Made by a program: the position numbers and the translations under genes. Below the pieces are notes generated by a model. It ran no database searches and had not been told where the DNA came from. It saw only the letters and a program-made list of their open reading frames with translations. A stretch of DNA of 64,000 nt from an uncultured Christensenellaceae bacterium (lineage in GTDB: Bacteria; Bacillota; Clostridia; Christensenellales; UMGS416). The stretch covers positions 97,361 to 161,360 of the forward strand of contig CALWDW010000006.1 of assembly GCA_944376795.1 (NCBI GenBank), written 5' to 3'. This document shows, piece after piece, positions 16,008 through 25,328 of the stretch. Position 1 is the stretch's first letter. Every line of letters starts with the position of its first letter.

Positions 16008-17114
16008 CTATTCTTCCCCCTGCTCCGGCGCCCCAAAGCCAGCGTCCCGCACATAGGCCGCAAAGGCCCGCATCGCCGAAGGCAGAGCAAAGTTTTTCAG
16101 TTCTTCCCGGGGAATCCACCGGTAATCCTCGTCCAGCTCCTGCCAGTTCATGCCCTCGACCTGGACGCGCACCCCCCGCATCTCCCACACCCGGTGCGTG
16201 AATACGTGCTGTGCCTGCACTGCCTCGCGCTGAAAAAGAATATCGCAAGGCAGCGTGTCCGGATCCAATCCCCGGGGCGAGTCTTCGTCCGGCCACCCGG
16301 GAAACTCCCATAGACCCGCCAGCATGCCTTCCGCCGGACGCCGGTGCAGAAGGATATGCTTCCCATCCGTCACAATGTAGACCGTCCGGGGGACAACCCG
16401 CGGCTTCTTTTTTTCATTCTTCACAGGAAGAGAAGAGGCCTCTCCCCTGGCTCGGGCGGTACAGTATTCCGCTACCGGGCATACCGCGCAGCGGGGCGTG
16501 CCGGGAATGCAGACCAGCGCCCCAAGCTCCATCAAAGCCTGGTTATGGCTCCAGACACGGCCGGGAGGGATCATGTGCTGCGCAATCTCTTCAATCCTCC
16601 GGCGCACGGCCGGCAGGTCCACGTTTTCCTCTATCCCATAGATGCGGGCAAGCACCCGCAGCACATTGCCATCCACCGCAGGGACCTCTTCTCCATAGGC
16701 AAAGCTGGCCACCGCCCCCGCCGTGTAGGCGCCAATGCCCGGAACCTGCCGAAGCTCCCTGGCAGTGTCTGGGAACCGTCCGCCGCACACCTGGCAGATG
16801 TACTGCGCGCCCCTGTGCAGCAGGGCGGCGCGCCGGTAATAGCCCAGCCCCTGCCACAGGTGGTTTACCTGCTCCAAAGAAGCCTCAGCCAGCGCCTCCA
16901 CTGTAGGGAAGGCCTCCATAAACCGGCTGTAGTAGCCCAGCACCGCCTCCACCCGAGTCTGCTGCAGCATGACCTCCGACACCCATATGGCATAGGGATC
17001 CCGGGTCTGCCGCCAGGGAAGCTCTCTCCCATTGGCCTCAAACCAGTCGCAAAACGCCGAACCTATCGTAAGAAAGGCTTCCGGCGTAACTGCTGTCTTC
17101 TCCTGCGTACTCAA
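16008..17114 (-). CDS. mutY: A/G-specific adenine DNA glycosylase MutY
   Basis: LPWRQTRDPYAIWVSEVMLQQT, HhH-GPD region VPGIGAYTAGAV, 4Fe-4S cluster cysteines CIPGTPRCAVCPVAEYC, and a NUDIX-like C-terminus. The TTG start overlaps the folT-like stop (TTGA). Confidence 0.9.
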   Translation of the reverse strand: MSTQEKTAVTPEAFLTIGSAFCDWFEANGRELPWRQTRDPYAIWVSEVMLQQTRVEAVLGYYSRFMEAFPTVEALAEASLEQVNHLWQGLGYYRRAALLHRGAQYICQVCGGRFPDTARELRQVPGIGAYTAGAVASFAYGEEVPAVDGNVLRVLARIYGIEENVDLPAVRRRIEEIAQHMIPPGRVWSHNQALMELGALVCIPGTPRCAVCPVAEYCTARARGEASSLPVKNEKKKPRVVPRTVYIVTDGKHILLHRRPAEGMLAGLWEFPGWPDEDSPRGLDPDTLPCDILFQREAVQAQHVFTHRVWEMRGVRVQVEGMNWQELDEDYRWIPREELKNFALPSAMRAFAAYVRDAGFGAPEQGEE

Positions 17115-17713
17115 TTGGGCGATCTCCTCAGCAGGGACGTCTTACGCTGCGGCCGCGGCGGCAGCGCCACCATATTCATCCGCTCCATGTAGGGAAGGAT
17201 GATGCGGAAAACCTCCAGCATAATAATGGCCTCAATAGGAAGCATCGCCAGGTTCTTGACAATGCTGACCCCAAAGTAGTACACATAGGCCTTTCCCATC
17301 AGCATGGCGCTCCAGACGCTGCCCAGGCCCGCATTGACAAACAGGTTCACGATCCCTCGCGCCAGGAGCACCCGCCACACCGTTGGGCGCTGCCGGTAAA
17401 AAGCCAGGCTGTATACCAGCGCTCCCAAGATAGCGCTGAGCGTATACCCGGGAAAGAACGGACCCGTGGGATGGACGACGATCCCTACTAAATCACTGAC
17501 CAGTCCGACTACCATGCCCACAAGCGGCCCGCACACCATGCCCGCTATGCCCATGGGTACAAAAGTAAACATCAGACGCAGATTCTCTGCCACAGGGATA
17601 TAGATCCCGCTGATCACAATGCTCAGCGCCGTCATCAGCCCCGCAACCACTAGGGAACGCACGCTGCGAAACTCTCCCGCAGCCGCGCACCAATACGCTT
17701 TTGTCCAAATCAT
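17111..17713 (-). CDS. folT: ECF-transporter S (substrate-binding) component, folate-family-like
   Basis: About 200 aa with 5-6 TM helices and S-component-like sequence (FFPGYTLSAILGALVY, NLFVNAGLGSVW). I place the start at ATG 17713, 11 nt after AGGAGAG. The family assignment is from memory of FolT-like sequences only. Confidence 0.6.
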   Translation of the reverse strand: MIWTKAYWCAAAGEFRSVRSLVVAGLMTALSIVISGIYIPVAENLRLMFTFVPMGIAGMVCGPLVGMVVGLVSDLVGIVVHPTGPFFPGYTLSAILGALVYSLAFYRQRPTVWRVLLARGIVNLFVNAGLGSVWSAMLMGKAYVYYFGVSIVKNLAMLPIEAIIMLEVFRIILPYMERMNMVALPPRPQRKTSLLRRSPN

Positions 17714-17729
17714 ATGTTCTGTTGCTCTC

Positions 17730-19052
17730 CTATTTTTTTGCAGGGACGCCATAGGTTTCCCCATCCATCAGCTCCAACGTGGAATCCCACGCCTTGCGAA
17801 GCCGGGTCTTGGCCGTGTCATTGTACTGGGTCACAATGGAAGGATCCTCCAGCGCCACCCCCACCGGAAGAATCTCATAGTGCCGCGAAGAGGCCGTTTC
17901 CTTGACCAGATTCACCCAAGTGGGCACATAGGCGATTCCCTCCAGTTGGGGCTTACCGGCGCCATTCCGGGTAAAGGTTGCCCGGTAGATCAGGCCCACA
18001 TCCCGGGGCCATGTCTTTTGATTGGAGATAAAGTTCCCCATGGAATAGATCACGGCGCATTCACGGATCTCCCCATCGGTACGCTCCACCCTTTGCCGGT
18101 CCATGGTCTGCAGCACGTGCGGGTGGCTGCCCAGCACCAGGTCCACCCCCTCCTGCCACATATATTGGGTCGGATCCTTCGCGCTGGCAGAGGGCGTCTG
18201 GCTGTATTCCACACCCCAGTGAACCATCGCCACGATGATCTCCGCGCCCTTTGCCCGGCAGGCCGCGATATCCCGGCGCATCTGCTCCCGGTCCAGGCCC
18301 TTGATGGCATAGGAATGCGGGCCGTTGGCAGCATAGCTGTAGGCGAGGATCCCAATCCGAAAGCCCCCTGCTTCGGTTACTAACACGTCGTCAAATTCCT
18401 CTTGGCTTAGGTAGGTTCCGGTTTGGGCGAGGCCCATTTCCCGGATGGTTTGGGCCGTGTAGACCACGCCATCCCACCCGCCGTCAAAGCAATGGTTATT
18501 GGCCGTGGTCAGAACATCAAATCCAGCGTCCTTTAGCGAGGAAATGATCCCCACAGGCGACCGAAAGCGGGGAAACCCGGTATACTGGCTTCCCGGAGGC
18601 ACCAAAGTTGTCTCCAGGTTGGCAAGGGCCAAGTCCGCCGAGGCAATGCTTTCCGCCACATGCGCAAACCAACAGGAGAAGTCATAGGGATCCTCCCCGC
18701 GGTGTTTTTCATCCAATTGCTTTTCGTGAATCATGATATCCCCCACTGCGGCAATGGTGACCGAGGGCGGAGGCGTGGGCGTGGGCGCCTCCGTGGGGGT
18801 GGGAGCCGGCGTACAGGCCGCCGAAGGCGTGGGCGCCTCCGTAGGCAGCCGGGTAGCGGGCCGCATGGACGGGGCCTCCGTTATGGCAGCCGCTGCCGTG
18901 GCTGCGGGAGGAGGAACTGCCCCCTCCTCTTCCCCGGGAAGCTCATGCAATGTCCATACCAGGGCCGCTGCACACAGCACCACCAAAGTCCACATCCCCC
19001 ATGCCATGGGATGCAGGCGGGTGGGCTTGCGGTGCTTATTCTTCCGAGCCAT
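17730..19052 (-). CDS. CapA-family (PGA_cap metallophosphatase-like) protein with N-terminal TM helix and Pro/Thr-rich linker
   Basis: Motifs AAVGDIMIH, LALANLETTL and TTANNHCFD. Start at ATG 19052 after GGAGGA. It overlaps the upstream stop by 17 nt. Confidence 0.8.
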   Translation of the reverse strand: MARKNKHRKPTRLHPMAWGMWTLVVLCAAALVWTLHELPGEEEGAVPPPAATAAAAITEAPSMRPATRLPTEAPTPSAACTPAPTPTEAPTPTPPPSVTIAAVGDIMIHEKQLDEKHRGEDPYDFSCWFAHVAESIASADLALANLETTLVPPGSQYTGFPRFRSPVGIISSLKDAGFDVLTTANNHCFDGGWDGVVYTAQTIREMGLAQTGTYLSQEEFDDVLVTEAGGFRIGILAYSYAANGPHSYAIKGLDREQMRRDIAACRAKGAEIIVAMVHWGVEYSQTPSASAKDPTQYMWQEGVDLVLGSHPHVLQTMDRQRVERTDGEIRECAVIYSMGNFISNQKTWPRDVGLIYRATFTRNGAGKPQLEGIAYVPTWVNLVKETASSRHYEILPVGVALEDPSIVTQYNDTAKTRLRKAWDSTLELMDGETYGVPAKK

Positions 19053-19872
19053 GGGAAGTTTCCTCCAATATGCCACGTCTGCGGGCAATATCGTAGATCA
19101 TGATTCCTGCGGCCACCGCCGCATTCAGGGACTCCGCCCGTCCGGCCATGGGCAGCCGCACCCTGTGGGTGCAGGCATCCCGTAACGCCGGAGTCACCCC
19201 CGCGCCTTCGTTTCCGATCACCAGCGCTTCTCCCTGCGCCTGGATCTGACGACTGTAAAATCCCTCGCCTGCCAAATCCCCGCACAGTACAGCCCAGCCC
19301 GCACCGGCCAGGCTGCGCACCGCGCCGGGAAGATCTCCGCTCTGCCAAACCGGCAGATGAAACAGCGAGCCCATGGTCCCCCGCACCACCTTGGGGCCAT
19401 GGATATCCGCACAGTCCGTACTGAGAAGCACCCCTGAAGCGCCGGCAGCGTCCGCAGTACGGATCATCGTTCCCAGATTGCCCGGATCCTGAATATTCTC
19501 CAGGATCAGCAGAATACCCGGCTTCACCGCCGCTGCATCGCTGGCTTTCCACTCGCGCAGCACCGGTTCCGCGGCCGCCGCAATACCCTGCGGCGTGCGG
19601 GTATCACACAGCGCCTCCATCACGGACTCCGATACCCGCAGGCACTCTATGCCGCGGGCCTCGGCCCGCTCCACAAGAGCCTCATAGCGCGCTTCCTGAC
19701 TCAGGGTAACCAGCAGTGTGCGCAGCCGGGCATCGCTGTCCAGGGCCTCCGTCACACAGTGTTCCCCCTCCAATAGGAACAAGCCCAGCTGCTGACGGTA
19801 CTTTCTCTCACGCAGCGACTTCAGACGTTTTATTTTTTCATTGTGGGTGCTGGTAATGGTTTCCGAAACCAT
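19036..19872 (-). CDS. TrmH/SpoU-family RNA 2'-O-methyltransferase
   Basis: The THNEKIKRLKSL substrate-binding region and SpoU motifs LENIQDPGNLGTMIRTADAAG and NEGAGV...IPMAGRAESLNAAVAAGI are present. Start chosen at ATG 19872, 6 nt after AAGGAG. Confidence 0.85.
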   Translation of the reverse strand: MVSETITSTHNEKIKRLKSLRERKYRQQLGLFLLEGEHCVTEALDSDARLRTLLVTLSQEARYEALVERAEARGIECLRVSESVMEALCDTRTPQGIAAAAEPVLREWKASDAAAVKPGILLILENIQDPGNLGTMIRTADAAGASGVLLSTDCADIHGPKVVRGTMGSLFHLPVWQSGDLPGAVRSLAGAGWAVLCGDLAGEGFYSRQIQAQGEALVIGNEGAGVTPALRDACTHRVRLPMAGRAESLNAAVAAGIMIYDIARRRGILEETSHGSEE

Positions 19873-19974
19873 GGGCATCTCCTTCACTTCTGCGCACGCG
19901 CAGCCGACGAAAAAGAGCATTTGCTCCCCGTCCCCATTGGGCGTACCGAGCAAATGCTCCAAACACTTGCCTAA

Positions 19975-20553
19975 TTATTTGACGATGTATCCCTGGCAGC
20001 CGTTGCGGCCGATGAGGGCGGCGTTGGCCTCGTCGGTGTCCACATGCATGGCCAGCTTAAACTTGGGGCTCACCCGCACCACGCAGTCGCCAAAGGTCAC
20101 GGGACGATCGGTGGGGATCCGCACCTCCACAATCTGCTTATCTTCCACGCCAAACTCCGCAGCATCCTCCGGGGTCATGTGGATATGGCGCTTGGCCACG
20201 ATAAGCCCTTCCTTCAGCTCCACCTCGCCGCAGGGGCCGCGCAGGATCAAGCCCGGAGTACCCGCCACATCGCCGGACTCCCGAACGGGCGCTACCGTTC
20301 CCAGGGTAAAGCAGTCGGTCAAAGAGACCTCCACCTGGGAGGCCGGGCGCTCCGGTCCCAGGATTACGACATTGGAAATCGTGCGCTTGGCGCCGACGAT
20401 ATCGATGCGCTCCTCACATACAAACTGCCCGGGCTGGGAAAGATCCCGAACATAAGTCAGCTTGTGGCCCTCGCCAAAGAGCTTCTCCACGTCCTCCTTG
20501 CATAGATGCACATGGCGGGCAGATACCTCGACCAAAAAGGTTTTCTCAGACAT
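19975..20553 (-). CDS. pduL: Phosphate propanoyltransferase PduL-type phosphotransacylase
   Basis: Two PduL repeats with the hallmark SARHVHL and AKRHIHM motifs. Start at ATG 20553 after GAAGGAGGA. Confidence 0.85.
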   Translation of the reverse strand: MSEKTFLVEVSARHVHLCKEDVEKLFGEGHKLTYVRDLSQPGQFVCEERIDIVGAKRTISNVVILGPERPASQVEVSLTDCFTLGTVAPVRESGDVAGTPGLILRGPCGEVELKEGLIVAKRHIHMTPEDAAEFGVEDKQIVEVRIPTDRPVTFGDCVVRVSPKFKLAMHVDTDEANAALIGRNGCQGYIVK

Positions 20554-20692
20554 AGCGAATCCTCCTTCGTACATTCCTACTCTAGTTTACTCGCTTTTCT
20601 TTCAATTCTCAATATGCAAATGCGATTTTCTCCTCAAATTCCACTTTGCCAGAGAACTCCGCCGTAGTCTTCTCGTTTCGGAGAACCCCTAC

Positions 20693-21574
20693 CTACAGAA
20701 GCCCGATATAGCGGTCGTATCCTTGCCGGAGCTGGGCCTTCTCTTCCTCTCCCAGGGCACCAAAGGGTCTGCGGCAGTCGCCGAAATCAATTCCTTCCAT
20801 TTCCAGCACAGCCTTGATGGAAGCAATCACACCGAAGCGGCAGAATAGGGCGATCATATCATTGGCAATATGCTGGTATTTCTGTGCCGTCTCCATATCT
20901 CCCGCCCGGAAGGCATCATAAATCCGCCGAATGGCAGGGCAAAGCACATTGTAAGTACTGCCGATGCCGCCGTCCGCGCCGGCGCTCAGTCCGGAGAGCA
21001 GCATCTCATCGTAGCCATTCCAAATGCACAGTTCCGGATGGGCGCGCTTCATCCTCTCCAGCTGGAAGAAATCCGGCGAAGTAAACTTCACCCCGGCGGT
21101 GTACGGGCACGCGCACAGCTGATCCAGGATCTCTGGCGTCAGAGAAAAGCCGGAAGCCGCCGGGTAGTTATAAATGAAAAGCGGCAGCTGGATTCCTTCC
21201 ATCAGGTCCCTGTAATACTGCAGAATCTCTGCGTTGGAGAATTTATAGTAGAACGGGCTGATCGAAGAAACCGCATCCGCACCGGCAGCCTTTGCGTGCA
21301 GTCCCAAATCCAGGGCATGCTCCGTAGCGATCTGTCCGATGTGGGCAATGACAAACTTTTTTCCGTTATTGGCCTCGCAGACGGCTTCCAGCACCGCCTT
21401 GCGCTCATCCTGGGACAGCAAAAACGCTTCTCCGGTACTGCCGCACACGTAAAACCCGTCGATCCCCTGGTCAATCAGCCGGCGGACCTGCCGCTTGATG
21501 GCCTGACAGTGAATCCTTCCTTCGGCGTCATACGGGGTTGGCAGCGCCGCACAGATTCCCGAAAAATTCTTCAT
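20693..21574 (-). CDS. nanA: N-acetylneuraminate lyase (DapA/NanA family)
   Basis: It aligns by eye along its whole length with E. coli NanA (GIDGFYVCGSTGEAF, Schiff-base region GVKFTS, NGYDEMLLSGLSAGADGGIGSTYN). Start at ATG 21574 after AAGGAG. Confidence 0.85.
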   Translation of the reverse strand: MKNFSGICAALPTPYDAEGRIHCQAIKRQVRRLIDQGIDGFYVCGSTGEAFLLSQDERKAVLEAVCEANNGKKFVIAHIGQIATEHALDLGLHAKAAGADAVSSISPFYYKFSNAEILQYYRDLMEGIQLPLFIYNYPAASGFSLTPEILDQLCACPYTAGVKFTSPDFFQLERMKRAHPELCIWNGYDEMLLSGLSAGADGGIGSTYNVLCPAIRRIYDAFRAGDMETAQKYQHIANDMIALFCRFGVIASIKAVLEMEGIDFGDCRRPFGALGEEEKAQLRQGYDRYIGLL

Positions 21575-21588
21575 GCCACATCTCCTTT

Positions 21589-22529
21589 CTATAGGGCCAT
21601 ACACTCCGCCATGGGGGTGCTGACCTTCGGCACCAATTTCTCGACAAGGCGGCTTTCTGAGGAGTACCGCTCACAAAAAATGGCCGGACACCCCTCATAG
21701 ACCACCAAATCGGCATACCCACCCACCGGATCTACCTCCCAAACCTTCTGACAGGCGGCTCCTGTATCCTGTGAATAGCGAACCGTAAGGTTTTCCCGTA
21801 CCCGCTTGGAAGCGCAGTTGACAAAAAAATCCCATGTCTCCCGGCAGTCAGGCTGCCAAAGCATATGGGATTCTCCAGCTGCGCACTCCGCTAAAGCGCA
21901 TCCAGCTTCTCCCCATTCTCCGGCAGGGCTAGCGCACCCATGTGCCAGGTCAAGCCGCGGGCATCGCTGTAAAGTAAATGTAGCCCGCCACCGAAGGCCA
22001 GTGCTCCTGGGAAATCCCATCGGCACACACCGCGCCGACAGCCAGCCAGGCAGGAGCCGCTAGGCGCTCGCTCCGGGTTTGAATCCCATGCCCTGGCCTC
22101 GGTGGCGCAGGCATTCCACAGAGAGGGATCCTGCCGGTACGCCGAAGTGATTCCCACGGCGCGTCCCAGTGCACTCCTCTATCTGTGCTGGTGCTGCTAT
22201 AGGCCCGTGCATAGTTGTGATGGAAAAGTAAGTGTACCCACTCGTCATCCGGCACAAGCACCCGGTTATGGAGGTGCGCATGGAGCCATCGGCCGGACGG
22301 CTGGACTGTCCAGCCTTCCAAACCCGGCGCAGGTCCCCATCCTTCTCCAGCCGGTATACCAAGGACGTCCATGTCCCCCCAGTCGCCCTGGTCACCAGCA
22401 CAGGCTTCGCACGCCAGCAGCAGAGCCACCGTCGGCAGCCGGCAGCATCCCCGGAATCCGGTAGGTGTGGTAGCCTCCCGTTCCATGGCGGAACAGGACC
22501 CGCTCCCATTCGGTTTTTCCTTTCTCCAC
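21589..22529 (-). pseudogene. Sialidase-family (GH33/BNR) gene disrupted by at least three frame changes
   Basis: The sialidase YRIP motif (GGYHTYRIPGM, 22452..22463) is in frame 2. Asp-box STDRGVHW (22166..22189) is in frame 1. Asp-box SDARGLTW (21945..21968) is in frame 2. The C-terminal GGYADLVVYEG...FCERY lies in frame 0 and ends at 21589. Stops close each frame at 22392..22394, 21950..21952 and 21891..21893. The 5' boundary is uncertain. Confidence 0.6.
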
Positions 22530-22585
22530 GCTCCCCCTCTATTCCTGCCGCGGTTCCCGAGGCCGAGGACTCATTTCCGAGGCAT

Positions 22586-23629
22586 TTAGCCCTGGACGCG
22601 GAACATAACCTTGCCCTTCACCTTACCGTCGCGGATATCCTGGAAGGCATTCCAAGCCTCGTCCAGTCCGACAACGCGATCCAGCAATGGGGCAGTCTGC
22701 ACCGATCCATCAGTAAGGTACTGGGCTGCCATCTTCCACTCCCGGCCGGGGAAGGGCGCAGAATAGGACATCCAGGACCCGCGGACGGTGAGCTCCTTGC
22801 GGTTAATCAATTCAAATTGTGCCGGCGCAAGGGTCAAAGGCTTGCTGGGCGTCCCGACAAACATCACGCTGCCATGGGCCGCCGCAGTCTGCAGGGCCAG
22901 AATCTCCGCAGCCGGCACACCCGCCGTCTCCAGCACCATCTCGCCCCCGCGGCCCTCGGTAAGCTCCATCACCTGGGCCACGGCATCCGCATCGGTGGAA
23001 TTCACCGCAGCGTCAGCGCCCAGCTTGCGCGCCAGTTCCAGGCGCTCCGGGTCAATATCCATTACTACGGTCCGCCCAGCTCCCAGCTTCTTGGCAGCCT
23101 GGAGCGTCAAAAGTCCGATGGTTCCCATGCCAATGATCACCGTATCCACCCCCGGCCGGAAATCCATCAGGTACAGGCCGTGAAGCCCCACGGTCAGCGG
23201 TTCCATAAAGGCTCCCGCCAAGTGATCGATCGAGGCATCCAGTTTGACAACATTCTCTTGGGGCACCACCACATATTCCGCCCAAGAACCATTCTGCCGG
23301 GAGCCTACAAAGGAATACTTCCGGCACTGGGAGAAGAGCCCGCGCTGACACACCTCACACTGATGGCACGGAATCAAAGGAGCCGCCGAGACGGCATCCC
23401 CCGCCTGCCAGCCGGTCACGCCCTCGCCCAGGGCATCCACCGTGCCGGAAAACTCGTGCCCCAGCACCAGCGGGAAAAAGTGGGCGCCATTCCCCAATAC
23501 CCGGGGGATATCCGAACCGCATACCCCCGTGTACCGCACGGCGATGCGCACCTCCCCCGGGCCAGGGACCGGAGTCGGAATTTCCTCATAGCGAAGTTCA
23601 CATGGGGCGTGTAAGACTGCAGCTTTCAT
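22586..23629 (-). CDS. Zinc-dependent medium-chain polyol/sugar-phosphate dehydrogenase
   Basis: Catalytic Zn motif GVCGSDIP...GHEFSG, structural Zn cysteines CHQCEVCQRGLFSQC, and Rossmann fold IGMGTIG. ATG 23629 forms an ATGA overlap with the upstream kinase stop. Confidence 0.85.
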   Translation of the reverse strand: MKAAVLHAPCELRYEEIPTPVPGPGEVRIAVRYTGVCGSDIPRVLGNGAHFFPLVLGHEFSGTVDALGEGVTGWQAGDAVSAAPLIPCHQCEVCQRGLFSQCRKYSFVGSRQNGSWAEYVVVPQENVVKLDASIDHLAGAFMEPLTVGLHGLYLMDFRPGVDTVIIGMGTIGLLTLQAAKKLGAGRTVVMDIDPERLELARKLGADAAVNSTDADAVAQVMELTEGRGGEMVLETAGVPAAEILALQTAAAHGSVMFVGTPSKPLTLAPAQFELINRKELTVRGSWMSYSAPFPGREWKMAAQYLTDGSVQTAPLLDRVVGLDEAWNAFQDIRDGKVKGKVMFRVQG

Positions 23630-25161
23630 TTGCAACTCTCCTTTTCCAATTCACTCATCCGGCCAAACCAGGGGACCAGGCTTTGATAAAGCTCCCGATA
23701 TTGCCGGTAAAAATCCATATACCGCCGGTGCATGGCAGGATCCGGTTCATGCACCCTTTGGATCCGAACTGTATGCCGTACGGCTTCAGCAAAGTCCCGA
23801 TAAATCCCCGCGCCCACTCCCGCCAGCAAGGCCGCTCCCAAGGTCGTGGCCTGGTCGCTGAACGGCACCTGAATAGGGAGGCCGGTAACATCGCTCTTGA
23901 TCTGGGTCCAGACCTGGCTGTTGGCCGATCCGCCCACGCTGCGAAGCGTATCCACGCGGGCGCCCGTCTCGTAGGCTGTCTCCAGATTATGCTGTAAAGA
24001 GAACGCCACGCCCTCCATCACCGCGCGCACCATATGGGCCCGGGACTTGTCGTAAGACAGCCCCGCAAAGACCCCCCGGGCATTGCTGTCCCATATGGGG
24101 GAGCGTTCCCCCGCCATGTAGGGGAGGAAGCACAGTCCTTGGCAGCCCGCAGGCACAGTCTCCGCCTCGCGGGAAAACACCTCATAGGCGGAAAGGCCTT
24201 CTTCCCGGCCTGCGGCGTCTTCCCATGCGCCCAGCTGCTCGCGGAACCACCGAAGGGCGCCGCCGCCGCCCACCGATCCTCCCTGCAGCAGCCATTGGCC
24301 GGGAACCACATGGCATCCCAAAATGAGCCGGGGATGCATCAGAGCATGATCCACATCAATGGACATCCCCCCCGCCTGGCCGCCCTGCTCCTGGGTGTCG
24401 CCCGGCGTGATTACCCCGGCGCCCAGCGTACAGCAGGCGGCATCCAGGCCGCCGGCCACCACGGGAATGTCGGCGGTAAGCCCCGTGCGGCGAGCAACCG
24501 AACCCAGAAGGCCGCCCACCACCTGGTGAGATTCATAGAAAGGCGCGACCTTCTCCGCATCCACACCCATAGCCTCCGCCACATCCCCGCGCAGCTGCCG
24601 CCGGGCTACATCGAAGAAATGGAAACCATACCCTTGGGAATAATCCTGGGAAAAGGTCCCCGTCAGCCGCAGTACGATGTAGGAGTTGCACTGGATGAAG
24701 CAGTGCGCGCGCCGGTAAATATCCGGTTCGCTCTCCTTAAAGTAGAGCATCTTGGGCGCGATATAGGCAGGATCGGGCGGGTTGCCCGCCACCGCAAAAA
24801 GTGCCTCTGCACCCACGCGCTTCACCATGCTCTCCGCCTGAGACCGACTGCGCCGGTCCATCCACGTCAGTGCGGGAGACAACGCATGCCCCGCTTCGTC
24901 CACCGGCAACCCAACCCAGCTGATCCCATCTACACCGATGGCGGCCACCCTTTCTAAGGGCAGCCCGTCCGCTTTCAGCCCCTCTATGCAGGCCAGGGCA
25001 GATTCCCACCAGATCTCGGCGTCAATTTGGCTGTATCCTGGGCCGTCGGTCTGGCAGCTATATTCCGCCGAGCGGCTTCCGGCCACCGCCCCATCCTGGG
25101 TAAACAGCGCCACCCGGGTCCCACTGGTGCCCACGTCAATTGCCATCAGAAGCTTATCCAT
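23626..25161 (-). CDS. FGGY-family carbohydrate kinase, substrate unknown
   Basis: N-terminal AIDVGTSGTRVALF and C-terminal FGGY domain (VGGSANSQVWTQIKSDVTGLPI). 511 aa. Confidence 0.85.
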   Translation of the reverse strand: MDKLLMAIDVGTSGTRVALFTQDGAVAGSRSAEYSCQTDGPGYSQIDAEIWWESALACIEGLKADGLPLERVAAIGVDGISWVGLPVDEAGHALSPALTWMDRRSRSQAESMVKRVGAEALFAVAGNPPDPAYIAPKMLYFKESEPDIYRRAHCFIQCNSYIVLRLTGTFSQDYSQGYGFHFFDVARRQLRGDVAEAMGVDAEKVAPFYESHQVVGGLLGSVARRTGLTADIPVVAGGLDAACCTLGAGVITPGDTQEQGGQAGGMSIDVDHALMHPRLILGCHVVPGQWLLQGGSVGGGGALRWFREQLGAWEDAAGREEGLSAYEVFSREAETVPAGCQGLCFLPYMAGERSPIWDSNARGVFAGLSYDKSRAHMVRAVMEGVAFSLQHNLETAYETGARVDTLRSVGGSANSQVWTQIKSDVTGLPIQVPFSDQATTLGAALLAGVGAGIYRDFAEAVRHTVRIQRVHEPDPAMHRRYMDFYRQYRELYQSLVPWFGRMSELEKESCK

Positions 25162-25271
25162 ACTCCGCTTCCTTCCCTATCAGAATCCATCAGCATCGTA
25201 CCATAAACCGCGCAGGAAATCAATTGGCAAAGGCGAAACGATTCACTTTATTGAGAGGCGCTTTCTCCCAT

Positions 25272-25309
25272 AAAAAAAGGCGCCCTGCCGTAGTCCGGCA
25301 CGAGCGCCC
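25272..25309 (-). terminator. Rho-independent terminator after the htrA-like gene
   Basis: The minus strand reads GGGCGCTCGTGCCGG..CGGCAGGGCGCC (imperfect stem) followed by TTTTTTT. Confidence 0.5.
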
Positions 25310-25328
25310 ACCGTCCAAGGGGCGGCTG

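Noticed and set aside
18760-18850. A near-identical ~17-bp direct repeat (GGCGTGGGCGCCTCCGT) and surrounding GC-rich periodicity, considered as a minisatellite or CRISPR-like repeat
   Set aside because: It lies inside the CapA-family CDS and encodes a repetitive Pro/Thr/Ala linker (PTEAPTP units) after the signal anchor. There are only two copies and no spacer architecture.
22060-22509. A 149-aa minus-strand ORF, and the 21950..22486 and 21589..22026 ORFs, as three independent small genes
   Set aside because: They overlap each other in different frames, and together they carry the ordered motifs of a single sialidase-family protein. One frameshifted gene explains them better.
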